A DNA stretch of 64,000 bases from Acutalibacteraceae bacterium. Its GTDB lineage: Bacteria; Bacillota; Clostridia; Oscillospirales; Acutalibacteraceae. The position numbers were made by a program, and so were the translations under genes. Below, piece after piece: positions 36,948-45,573 of the stretch (position 1 is its first letter; the number at the start of each line of letters is the position of its first letter). The DNA lies in NCBI GenBank assembly GCA_045604605.1, contig JAZUOL010000001.1, forward strand, positions 496 to 64,495. Direction: 5' to 3'. Below the pieces are notes generated by a model. That model had not been told where the DNA came from and ran no database searches. It worked only from the letters and a program-made list of their open reading frames with translations.

Positions 36948-38720
36948 ATGGAAAGATTACTTACAAGATGGGGTAAAACTCTTGATAAGAAATTACCTCT
37001 TAATGATTATCCGAGACCTCAACTCAAGCGCGACAGTTTCATCAATCTTAATGGTGAATGGAACTATGCAATTCTTGATGAATTTAAAAAATTCAACGGA
37101 TATCAAGGTAAAATAACAGTACCCTTCAGCCCCGAGTGTATTTTAAGCGGTGTTGAAAGAATGGTTAAGCCTACAGATGTTCTTTATTATCAGAAAAGCT
37201 TTGAGTTTAAAAGAAGTAACCATAGAGTTCTTCTCCATTTTGGTGCAGTTGACTACAAATGTACAGTTACACTTAATAACAGCGTTGTAGGAGAGCATAA
37301 AGGTGGCTATCTTCCTTTTTCTTTTGATGTTACTGCTTTTATTCTTGACGGTGAAAATGATTTGAGACTTACCGTAACGGACCCTACTACTGAAGGTCAT
37401 CAGGCAAGAGGTAAGCAAACCTTTAAGCGTGGAGGTATCTGGTATACCCCTCAGTCCGGCATATGGCAAACTGTCTGGCTTGAAGAGGTTTGTGAGGGCT
37501 ACATTGAAAATATTAAGCTTACTCCAGACATTGACAACGATGAAATTAATATAGAAATCAAGTACAACGGTAAGTCCGATGATGAAATGGCTGCGGTTGT
37601 TATGGACAAGGGTGAGGTTAAGGGTGCTGTAAAGTTAACAGACGGAAAAGGCACAATAAAGCTTTCAGATTATGAACTCTGGAGCCCCGAAAATCCATAT
37701 CTTTATGACCTGAAAATTGCCGCAGGTAATGACAGAGTTGAAAGTTACTTTGGTATGAGAAAATATAGCGTTGGTAAAGATGACAAGGGCACACCTCGTC
37801 TTATGCTTAACAACAAGCCATATTTCTTTAATGGTCTGCTTGATCAGGGATACTGGAGCGATGGTATGTACACAGCTCCTTCTGATGAAGCACTCATTTA
37901 CGATATTCAGACAATGAAGGATTTAGGCTTTAATACCCTGAGAAAGCATATTAAAATCGAACCATTACGCTGGTATTATCATTGTGACAGACTCGGTATG
38001 ATTGTCTGGCAGGATATGATTAACGGTGGCGGTGCATACAATTTTATGGCTATTGGTACAGCTCCGGCACTGTCAATGATTTTCAACAACAAGCATGTAG
38101 GTAAGGTATCTGACGGACCCAAGCATTATAGATATTTTGCTCGTCAGGACGAAGCAGGCAGAAAGGAATTCTACGAAGATTCCGAAAAAATGATTGACCT
38201 TCTTTATAATGTTACATCTCTTGCACTCTGGACTCCTATGAATGAAGGTTGGGGTCAGTTTGATAGTGCAAAGGCTTGTACATTCTATAAAGAAAAGGAC
38301 CCCACACGTCTTGTTGACCATGCAAGCGGTTGGGTTGACCATGGTGCAGGTGATGTAAATAGCTTCCATATCTATTTCACACCATTTATGTTCCCCAAAT
38401 ACGATAAAAATGATGAACGCCCCATTGCTCTTACAGAGTTTGGCGGATATTCAATGCAGTTTAAGGACCATTCCTTCAACAAGGACAAGTTCTTCGGTTA
38501 CAGAAAATATTTTAATCAGGAAAGCTTTGATAAGGCGATTAAAAATCTCTATGAAAATAGAATTTATAACTGTATGGTGAATAAAGGTCTTTCTGCAATT
38601 ATTTATACAGAGGTTAGCGATGTTGAGGACGAATGCAATGGTCTTCTTACTTATGACCGAGAGATTATCAAAATAACTCCCGAGATTATGAAAGCAGCTA
38701 ATGAAAAGTTAAAATACTAA
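36948..38720 (+). CDS. Glycoside hydrolase family 2 protein (~590 aa form), cytosolic
   Basis: N-terminal sugar-binding region with FDVT. TIM-barrel part has NTLRKH and PMNEGWGQ (acid/base-type NE). Confidence 0.7.
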   Translation: MERLLTRWGKTLDKKLPLNDYPRPQLKRDSFINLNGEWNYAILDEFKKFNGYQGKITVPFSPECILSGVERMVKPTDVLYYQKSFEFKRSNHRVLLHFGAVDYKCTVTLNNSVVGEHKGGYLPFSFDVTAFILDGENDLRLTVTDPTTEGHQARGKQTFKRGGIWYTPQSGIWQTVWLEEVCEGYIENIKLTPDIDNDEINIEIKYNGKSDDEMAAVVMDKGEVKGAVKLTDGKGTIKLSDYELWSPENPYLYDLKIAAGNDRVESYFGMRKYSVGKDDKGTPRLMLNNKPYFFNGLLDQGYWSDGMYTAPSDEALIYDIQTMKDLGFNTLRKHIKIEPLRWYYHCDRLGMIVWQDMINGGGAYNFMAIGTAPALSMIFNNKHVGKVSDGPKHYRYFARQDEAGRKEFYEDSEKMIDLLYNVTSLALWTPMNEGWGQFDSAKACTFYKEKDPTRLVDHASGWVDHGAGDVNSFHIYFTPFMFPKYDKNDERPIALTEFGGYSMQFKDHSFNKDKFFGYRKYFNQESFDKAIKNLYENRIYNCMVNKGLSAIIYTEVSDVEDECNGLLTYDREIIKITPEIMKAANEKLKY

Positions 38721-38722
38721 GG

Positions 38723-40798
38723 TTGTGTTTAAAATTGGAAAAATTCAAAATAGGTGAATTTACTCAAAGAATTACAGAACATATTGAGCTTTCAGGAAAA
38801 ATTTCTTCAATCGCAGTAGCATCAAATGGTGAAATTTATGCTTGTTCAGAAAATGGCCTTTGTCGTTTTAAGGATGGTGAATGGAACAAGCTTTTTTCAG
38901 AAGGTGTTTTCACAAAGGTATATTGTGATAAAAAAGGGCGCGTTTTTGCATCCCTTGATAAAACCCTTTATGAAATAACAGTCGATGGTGCAAAAAAGAT
39001 TGCAGATTTTGAATTCCCCATTGTTGATTTATGCGGTGAGAATGAGCTTTATGTTCTTACTGAGCATTCCCTCCATGTTGAGCAGGGTGATGGCTTTTTC
39101 ACTCTTCAGGAAATGGATCAGGATGAAATTTCTCTTGCTGTGCAAGGTGAAAAGGTTTGTGTTGCAAGTAAGACTTGCTTGCAGAGAATGGAAGGCAAGC
39201 GCAGAACCTGGCGCTGCATTTTCCCTGCATATTCCACAATGCCTGAAATTCATATAAATGTTATCGCTTTTGATAAAATCGGCTATCTTCTTGTTGGTGC
39301 CGATGAAGGACTTTTTATTTATGATTACAAAAGCGGTTGGTATGGTAATGCAGAAATTTCTGCTTTGCCTTGCGAAAGCGTTTATTCTGTCTGTGTTTGT
39401 GATGACGGAAGCTTCCTTGTTGGTACGGATGCAGGTGCAGTTCATATCAAAAACGGACTTGCAAAATATTTACCTGCTACCCGTTATGCTTTTGATACCA
39501 ATGTAACTGCATTAGCCTGCTCGGGTGATGCTCTCTATACCGCTTCTGAGGGCGGAATTGTTAAAATAAGCGAAAAGCTTATGACTATGGAAGAAAAATC
39601 AAAGTACCTTTTTGAACTTACCGAGAAAAATTTCCCCAGAAAACAGGGTTATGTTACCTATGTAAGATCTCTTGATGGTAAAGATGCTTCACATCCTACT
39701 GACAATGACGGACTCTGGACACATTGCTACCTTGCAGGCCTTGCAATGTGGTATGCAGTTACAAAGGATGAAGAGGTGCTTAAAGCTGCAAGAAGAACAA
39801 AGGATGCAATGCTTTTTCTTACAAGAGCTCCTGAAATCAAAGGCTTTACTGCCCGTGCAGTACGTTTCCCTGATGAAGAGGAATGGGGAACAAACCTTGA
39901 ATCCGATAATCCGGGTTGCGAATGGCATCGTTCTTCTGATGGTAGCTATGAATGGCTTGGCGAAACATCAAGTGATGAAATGACAGGTCATTATGCAGGC
40001 TTCTATCTTTACTATGATTTGTGTGCAGATGAAGAAGAAAAGGCGGAAATACGCGAAGCAATCTGCAATATTACAGACCATATTTTAGATAACGATGGCT
40101 ATCTTATTGATAAGGACGGTAAGCCTACATCATGGGCATGCTGGAATGAACAGTCTCTTAACCTTGATAATGCGTGGATGTGGGAAAAGGGCGTAAATTC
40201 CCTTGAAATGCTCAATTTCCTTAAGATTTCTTACCATATGTCAGGTAATGAAAGATATAATGAGAAATATAAGAATCTTATAAAGAATCATCATTTCCTT
40301 ATTAATGCTGCGTACCATAAAAGAGCAGACGGACACTCTTGCCACATTGATGATAATCTTGCAATGCTTAATACTCTTTCATATCTTCTTGTTGAAAAAG
40401 ACCCTGCAATCCGTCAGTATCTTCTTATGGGACTTGCATCTCATTATGAATATGAAAAAATAGAAGGTAACCCCTATTATGCCTTCATTTATAAGGGCTT
40501 TACAGAAGCTCCCTGCGATGTTGACGGTTGCGTTAAGGCGCTCAAGGACTATTCTTGCGATATGAAAAATTATAAAATGGTTAATAGCAATCGCAGAAAT
40601 ATCGAAATGGATAACGAGCCGCTTAAATGGTACGAGGAAACCCATATAAAGATACCATTCGCTTGGGATGAAAGACCATTTTCAACACTTGGTATAGATC
40701 CATTTAAGGTTGATGGCGGAAACGGAATAACCTATGAAAACGGAATGTCCTTCATTTTCATATATTGGTTAGGTAGATTTTTGGGAATTATTGAATAA
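38723..40798 (+). CDS. Hypothetical two-domain protein: N-terminal beta-propeller-like repeats plus C-terminal helical (alpha/alpha-barrel-like) domain
   Basis: TTG start 2 nt after the GH2 stop. Repeated G-x-(I/L/V)-(Y/F)-x-(A/G)-(S/T)-x-x-G-(L/I) blades over the first ~280 aa. W/Y-rich helical C-terminus. No family recognised. Confidence 0.5.
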   Translation: MCLKLEKFKIGEFTQRITEHIELSGKISSIAVASNGEIYACSENGLCRFKDGEWNKLFSEGVFTKVYCDKKGRVFASLDKTLYEITVDGAKKIADFEFPIVDLCGENELYVLTEHSLHVEQGDGFFTLQEMDQDEISLAVQGEKVCVASKTCLQRMEGKRRTWRCIFPAYSTMPEIHINVIAFDKIGYLLVGADEGLFIYDYKSGWYGNAEISALPCESVYSVCVCDDGSFLVGTDAGAVHIKNGLAKYLPATRYAFDTNVTALACSGDALYTASEGGIVKISEKLMTMEEKSKYLFELTEKNFPRKQGYVTYVRSLDGKDASHPTDNDGLWTHCYLAGLAMWYAVTKDEEVLKAARRTKDAMLFLTRAPEIKGFTARAVRFPDEEEWGTNLESDNPGCEWHRSSDGSYEWLGETSSDEMTGHYAGFYLYYDLCADEEEKAEIREAICNITDHILDNDGYLIDKDGKPTSWACWNEQSLNLDNAWMWEKGVNSLEMLNFLKISYHMSGNERYNEKYKNLIKNHHFLINAAYHKRADGHSCHIDDNLAMLNTLSYLLVEKDPAIRQYLLMGLASHYEYEKIEGNPYYAFIYKGFTEAPCDVDGCVKALKDYSCDMKNYKMVNSNRRNIEMDNEPLKWYEETHIKIPFAWDERPFSTLGIDPFKVDGGNGITYENGMSFIFIYWLGRFLGIIE

Positions 40799-40808
40799 GG
40801 TGAAATAA

Positions 40809-41768
40809 ATGTCATTAAAAACTTTTATTGTTAAATGGGAAGCACAGTTAAAGGCGATTAACCCCAAATATGATGTGGTATATGAGGTTTCAAAGGATGA
40901 ACCGATTACATTTAAAGATAGTGAAAAGGTAAAACTTTCTTTTGCAACAATTGCAGACACCCATTTGATAGATAATGAAATCGCTGAAAAAAACCTTGCT
41001 AATGTTTTTGAAGATATCGGGAATTCAACAGAGAAATTTGACGCTTTTCTTATGGCAGGCGATATTGCAGAATATGGTCTGAAAAAGGAATATCAAAGAT
41101 TTTTCAGAGTTACCGACAATCAAAAGGTTATTCCATATAGCTTTCTTACTATGGGTAATCACGATGTTCGTTTTTTCTATAGAAAGAATCAGAAAATAAT
41201 AATGGATAAGGTAAATGAATACCTTAAAATTAATACAAATGGCAAAAGCTTTTACTCCTATGATATAAAGGGTTATACCTTTATTGTTATCGGTACTGAA
41301 AAGCGCGTTCTCGAAAAGGCTCATATTACACAGGAACAGATGGATTTTCTTGATAAGGAACTTGCAAGAGGTACAAGGGACGGCAAACCCGTTTTTGTTA
41401 TGTGCCATCAGGCTTTCCTTGAAACTCATGGTCTTCCTGAGGTATGGAAAACAGGCGATATGGGTGAACAGTCCGACCAGGTAAGAGCGGTTATGGAGAA
41501 ATATAAAAATGTTATCTTCATTAACGGACATCTTCACGGCGGTGTTTATGAGAAAACATTCGAGTGGCTCAATAAGGAAAACAATGTTTGCTCATTGAGC
41601 GTTCCCGGCTACAGAAAAGAAAACAATTTCGGCATCAAGCCCTGCGGAATGGGTTATTATGCAGAAGTATATGACGACAAAATCCGCTTCGTTGCCCGTA
41701 ACTTTATGAAAGGCGAATACGTAAAAGGCGATTGCGAGTTTGTGGAGTTTGAGATAGATTTAATATGA
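40809..41768 (+). CDS. Metallophosphoesterase (paralogue of 35733..36770)
   Basis: IADTH, GDIAEYG, GNHDVR, GKPVFVMCHQ, GHLHGG motifs. Confidence 0.7.
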   Translation: MSLKTFIVKWEAQLKAINPKYDVVYEVSKDEPITFKDSEKVKLSFATIADTHLIDNEIAEKNLANVFEDIGNSTEKFDAFLMAGDIAEYGLKKEYQRFFRVTDNQKVIPYSFLTMGNHDVRFFYRKNQKIIMDKVNEYLKINTNGKSFYSYDIKGYTFIVIGTEKRVLEKAHITQEQMDFLDKELARGTRDGKPVFVMCHQAFLETHGLPEVWKTGDMGEQSDQVRAVMEKYKNVIFINGHLHGGVYEKTFEWLNKENNVCSLSVPGYRKENNFGIKPCGMGYYAEVYDDKIRFVARNFMKGEYVKGDCEFVEFEIDLI

Positions 41769-41844
41769 TTTGAAGCTTTTAAACCTGTAGGGTACAGGCT
41801 TGCCTGTACCGCAGAAAGAGCAAAAGTAAAACAATAAAGCTGAT

Positions 41845-41886
41845 GGCGGTCCTGCCTCTCTTCGAAGAGAGGGGGACCGCCTTTTT
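41845..41886 (+). terminator. Strong intrinsic terminator
   Basis: GGCGGTCC...GGACCGCC outer stem and CCTCTCTT/AAGAGAGG inner stem, followed by TTTTT. Confidence 0.75.
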
Positions 41887-41941
41887 GTTTGTTGTTAATT
41901 TGAATACAGTTTCAAGCGTGAAATTGTTAATTGTTAAGAAT

Positions 41942-42130
41942 AAAGCTGGTCGGGCGGTGGAGAGTTCTTGACGCGAATTCCTGAGCGTCATTTCACCGTA
42001 GGTGGAACTGACATATTGTTATGTTTGAATACACCCAAACAGAAAGAGATGTTAATTGAAGCTTTCGCTTCAACTACGCTCGAGGGCTCGCGTAGAGAAT
42101 TCTCCACCGTTCCGCTAAACTTTCATTATA
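41942..42130 (+). ncRNA. Candidate structured non-coding RNA, long closed hairpin (6S-RNA-like architecture); class unconfirmed
   Basis: 22-bp stem 41955-41976 / 42088-42109 (one mismatch, two G-U). It continues as 41980-41987 / 42077-42085, enclosing ~89 nt with small hairpins. The segment CCTGAGCGTCATTTCACC resembles my recollection of the E. coli 6S segment CCUGAGCCGAUAUUUCAUACC. Confidence 0.35.
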
Positions 42131-42274
42131 GAATTAACTTTTGGCTCGCTTAAGACTGTGTTTAAATGATTTACATATCCAAGACGGTCCCCCTCTTTTT
42201 GAAAAGAGGTATAACCACAGGCATTACTTTTATTCATTAAAAACAAAGAAATTTAAAAAATATTAAAAAAACAC

Positions 42275-42303
42275 TTGCAAAATATGAAACGATATGGTAT
42301 TAT
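42275..42303 (+). promoter_or_regulatory. tRNA-Pro promoter with extended -10
   Basis: TTGCAA (42275-42280), 17-nt spacer, TGgTATTAT (42295-42303). Confidence 0.6.
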
Positions 42304-42315
42304 ATCTTTCGCTAT

Positions 42316-42391
42316 CTGGGTGTGGCGCAGTTGGTAGCGCGCTTGACTGGGGGTCAAGAGGCCGGAAGTTCAAGTCTTCTCACTCAGACCA
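42316..42391 (+). tRNA. tRNA-Pro (anticodon GGG), CCA encoded
   Basis: Manual cloverleaf. Acceptor 42316-42322 / 42381-42387 with the bacterial tRNA-Pro C1:G72 pair and A73. D stem GCGC/GCGC. Anticodon stem CTTGA/TCAAG with loop CTGGGGG. T arm GGAAG-TTCAAGT-CTTCT. Confidence 0.85.
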
Positions 42392-42393
42392 AT

Positions 42394-42433
42394 AAAGCAG
42401 ATAACTCGTTCGAGTTACCTGCTTTATTTTTTT
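42394..42433 (+). terminator. Intrinsic terminator after tRNA-Pro
   Basis: AAAGCAGATAACTCG / CGAGTTACCTGCTTT stem, then A-T7. Confidence 0.7.
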
Positions 42434-42522
42434 GCCGATACAATAAGAGAAGACTTGAACTTCTTTCGCCGAAGGCGAACACAATCGGGTTAGCGAGCTT
42501 GCGAGCGTGAAGGGCAAAGCCC

Positions 42523-42587
42523 TTCAAGTCTTCTCACTCAGACCAATAAAGCAGATAACTCGTTCGAGTTACCTGCTTTATTTTTTT
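42523..42587 (+). repeat. Perfect 65-bp direct copy of 42369..42433 (tRNA-Pro T-loop to CCA plus terminator)
   Basis: Both copies read TTCAAGTCTTCTCACTCAGACCAATAAAGCAGATAACTCGTTCGAGTTACCTGCTTTATTTTTTT. They are separated by 89 bp. Confidence 0.9.
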
Positions 42588-42588
42588 A

Positions 42589-43926
42589 TTATTCAATAAC
42601 CACACTGCAATGGGTTATGCCGTAATATTCGAAGCATTTTAAAGTTTCTTTAGTTATTCTTTCACCGCAAACGAGAATCGGTACTGCGGGAGGGCAACCC
42701 ACCGTAACTGTTGCCAGAACTCTACCTTGGCATTGTGCTATGGGTAGCATTTCTGAGGGTGACAGGGCGGCTTCTCTCACAGTCATAACTTTTTCAGGTT
42801 CTGCGAATTTTGGTGGTGTTGTATTTATTGGTTTTTTTCTTGGAATTGAAGACAATATGTGTTCTACCTTTTCAAGTCCGGATTTTCCTGTTTCGGGTGT
42901 TGGCATCAGAACAACATAATCTGGGTCGGCAAATTCACAAAAAATATTATTTTGTTCGAGAATTTCTGCAAGCTCGTTTCCTGTATAACCGTAGTGTTTT
43001 GCAGATAAAGTCAATTTCATCGGTTCATCACCGTAAAAAGTAAAACCTTTTTCTTCAAGCCTTGTTTTCATTTCTGAAATCAAGGGCAGAAAATTATTTA
43101 AATTCTGTTTGTAATTTTCAAGGTGTGAATTACAAACGTCCAAAGACTGCAAAATCAAGTATGACGGACTCGTTGAGCCGAAGAGTGCCAGAGCATTTTT
43201 CACGTTTTCATAAGAAAAAAATGAAGTTTTGTCTGAAAGATGAAGATACGCACCACCAGTAACAACAGGCAAAGTTTTATGGGCAGAATCGCAACACAAA
43301 TCCGCGCCCAAATCCATAGGGTGCTGGGATTTTTTGAGGAATTTAAGATAAGCTCCGTGAGCATTATCTGTAACTAAAAGAATTCCGTTTTTATGGCACA
43401 CCTTTGAAAGCCCCTCAATATCTGCGATATTACCCAAATAATCAGGGGTTGTAAGGTACAAAGCAACGGGCTTTTCTTTACTATTCAGAAGAAAATTTTC
43501 AAATTCATCAGGTGTTATGTTGCAGGAAAGATAAGATTCCGTTTCTTTTGGATATAACCACATTATATTAAAATCCAATAATGCTGCCGCGCTTATAAAA
43601 GCTTTGTGAGCGTTTCTTCCTGCAGCAATAATCGGTTTTCTTCCGATTTTTTTTGCATAAAGGCATATAAGGTGCATCATTGCACGGATGCATTGAGATG
43701 AGCCTTCTGTTGAATAAAAAGTGGGGCAACCGAAAATTTGTGAAGCGTTTTTTTCACTTTCAGCAATTATACCTGTTGGGTGATATAAATCATCTGCTCC
43801 GTCAAATTCAGTTATATCTAATTGCTCAAAGCCTAAAAAGCCCTTGCCTTTGTGACCGGGCATATGCATTCTTAATGAAGCTTTTTCATTGTATTGGCGA
43901 ACAAAATCGCAAATAGGTGTGTTCAT
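42589..43926 (-). CDS. Orn/Lys/Arg decarboxylase-family PLP enzyme
   Basis: HMPGHKG start region, DSAHKTLP (PLP lysine), ~445 aa. Starts 3 nt after the scfB stop. Confidence 0.75.
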   Translation of the reverse strand: MNTPICDFVRQYNEKASLRMHMPGHKGKGFLGFEQLDITEFDGADDLYHPTGIIAESEKNASQIFGCPTFYSTEGSSQCIRAMMHLICLYAKKIGRKPIIAAGRNAHKAFISAAALLDFNIMWLYPKETESYLSCNITPDEFENFLLNSKEKPVALYLTTPDYLGNIADIEGLSKVCHKNGILLVTDNAHGAYLKFLKKSQHPMDLGADLCCDSAHKTLPVVTGGAYLHLSDKTSFFSYENVKNALALFGSTSPSYLILQSLDVCNSHLENYKQNLNNFLPLISEMKTRLEEKGFTFYGDEPMKLTLSAKHYGYTGNELAEILEQNNIFCEFADPDYVVLMPTPETGKSGLEKVEHILSSIPRKKPINTTPPKFAEPEKVMTVREAALSPSEMLPIAQCQGRVLATVTVGCPPAVPILVCGERITKETLKCFEYYGITHCSVVIE

Positions 43927-43928
43927 CT

Positions 43929-45308
43929 TTATTCACCCAAGGCTCTTGCAATTGCTACCATAATTGCACATTCCATACGTTTACGGAAAAGTCTGCAACC
44001 GCTTTCATATACACCTGTAACAGAGCCTGTTGCATGGTAAGCATTAGCGGCACAACCGCCTGAGCAATATAATCTTGCCCAGCAATCCTTGCATTCAGGG
44101 TGAGCATAAACATTGCAGGCGGCAAACTCACTTTGGATTTCCTTGTTTGTTACACCGTCCCAGACGTTACCTAACTTGAATTTTTCATCGCCTACAAACT
44201 GATGACAGGGGTATAAATCGCCCCAAGGGGTAACTGCCATGTATTCCGTTCCGCTTCCGCAGCCTGAAATGCGCTTGTAGATACAAGGACCGCCTGTAAG
44301 GTCAATCATATAGTGGTAGAAGGTGAAGGGCTTGCCCTCTTTATCTCTTTGGAGCATTAAATCAGCAAGGTCTTCATACTGCTTCATTACAACAGCCAAA
44401 TCCTCTTCTGTCAGCTCGGAAGGGTCACCGGGAGCGCATACAACGGGCTCCATACTTAATTCGCTGAAGCCTAAATCAAGCATTTGTTGAATGTCCTTAA
44501 GAAAATCAGGGTTAGCGTGGGTAAATGTGCCGCGCATATAATAATTTTTGCCGTTTCTTGCTTCTACAAATTTCTGGAATTTTGGCACAATTTTATCCCA
44601 ACTACCGTTGCCTGCATAGTCTACGCGGTAATGGTCGTGGATTTCTTTTCGTCCGTCAAGGCTGAGAACAACATTACTGCATTCTTTGTTTGCAAATTCA
44701 ATAACATTATCATCAACAAGCACACCATTTGTGGTAAGGGTGAAACGGAAATTTTTATTATGCTCCTTTTCTATGCTTCTTGCATATGCTACCAAATCTT
44801 TAACAACCTGAAAATTCATAAGTGGCTCGCCACCGAAAAAGTCAACCTCAAGGTTGTGGCGGTTACCTGAATTTTCTATAAGAAAATCAAGGGCTCGTTT
44901 GCCTACCTCAAAGCTCATAACATCTCTTTCACCGTTGTATTTTCCCTGACTTGCAAAGCAATATGCACAATTAAGATTGCAGGTATGAGCAATATGAAGG
45001 CAAAGAGCCTTTACTACACCGGCTGTTTTCTGTTTCAATGTACCTGCCATAGCTTCAAATGTATCGGGAGCAAAAAGCTTTCCGGAAGCCTTTAAGCCTT
45101 CAACCTGAGCATAACACTCGGCAATATCAGCTTTTGTAATATCTTCACGGTCAGCGTATTTTTCCTCAATAGCTTTCAATACATCTTCTTTGGCGGTATT
45201 CTCAAATAAAGCAATAATGTCGTAGGCAACATCATCCACCACGTGAACTGCGCCTGAGCAGACATCAAGCACAATGTTATAGCCACCTTGCTTGTACTGA
45301 TGAATCAT
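43929..45308 (-). CDS. scfB: Radical SAM/SPASM thioether-forming SCIFF peptide maturase
   Basis: MIHQYKQGGYNIVLDV...GAVHVVDD N-terminus, CNLNCAYC radical SAM motif, C-terminal Cys-rich SPASM region (CxxCWARLYCSGGC). Adjacent to the SCIFF precursor. Confidence 0.85.
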   Translation of the reverse strand: MIHQYKQGGYNIVLDVCSGAVHVVDDVAYDIIALFENTAKEDVLKAIEEKYADREDITKADIAECYAQVEGLKASGKLFAPDTFEAMAGTLKQKTAGVVKALCLHIAHTCNLNCAYCFASQGKYNGERDVMSFEVGKRALDFLIENSGNRHNLEVDFFGGEPLMNFQVVKDLVAYARSIEKEHNKNFRFTLTTNGVLVDDNVIEFANKECSNVVLSLDGRKEIHDHYRVDYAGNGSWDKIVPKFQKFVEARNGKNYYMRGTFTHANPDFLKDIQQMLDLGFSELSMEPVVCAPGDPSELTEEDLAVVMKQYEDLADLMLQRDKEGKPFTFYHYMIDLTGGPCIYKRISGCGSGTEYMAVTPWGDLYPCHQFVGDEKFKLGNVWDGVTNKEIQSEFAACNVYAHPECKDCWARLYCSGGCAANAYHATGSVTGVYESGCRLFRKRMECAIMVAIARALGE

Positions 45309-45340
45309 AATTTAATCTCCTCTATACTTGACTCACTCTA

Positions 45341-45370
45341 AGAAAAATGCCGCCATTAACGGCGGCATTT
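45341..45370 (-). terminator. Hairpin between scfA and scfB (possible partial terminator/attenuator)
   Basis: AAATGCCGCC / GGCGGCATTT 10-bp stem, followed on the minus strand by a T-rich stretch. Confidence 0.5.
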
Positions 45371-45388
45371 CTGTTTTTTACAAATTGA

Positions 45389-45541
45389 TTACTTGCTTTC
45401 TTTAACGCTTTCGCATTCCTGGTTAGCGATACCGCAGCTTGTTTTGCAAGCAGACTGGCAAGATGTCTGGCATTCGCCACAACCGCCGTTTTTTGCACTT
45501 TCGCACAAATTGCGTGTTTCAATAGTTTTGATATGTTCCAT
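45389..45541 (-). CDS. scfA: SCIFF (six-cysteines-in-forty-five) RiPP precursor peptide, 50 aa; not in the supplied ORF track
   Basis: Manual translation: MEHIKTIETRNLCESAKNGGCGECQTSCQSACKTSCGIANQECESVKESK. GGAGG 8 nt upstream of the ATG. Immediately upstream of the maturase. Confidence 0.85.
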   Translation of the reverse strand: MEHIKTIETRNLCESAKNGGCGECQTSCQSACKTSCGIANQECESVKESK

Positions 45542-45573
45542 GAGAAAAGCCTCCATATAAATTTATCGTATTT

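Noticed and set aside
41968-42153. 61-aa ORF (TTG start) inside the structured element upstream of tRNA-Pro. Also a 34-aa ATG ORF at about 42049.
   Set aside because: No usable SD. The sequence is dominated by long-range base pairing, and the product has no features. An RNA or repeat element explains it better.
42434-42522. An integrated mobile element currently sitting at tRNA-Pro.
   Set aside because: Only 89 bp separate the two 65-bp repeats. There is no integrase, excisionase or cargo gene on either side; the flanks are a metallophosphoesterase operon and the SCIFF/decarboxylase operon. At most it is a scar.
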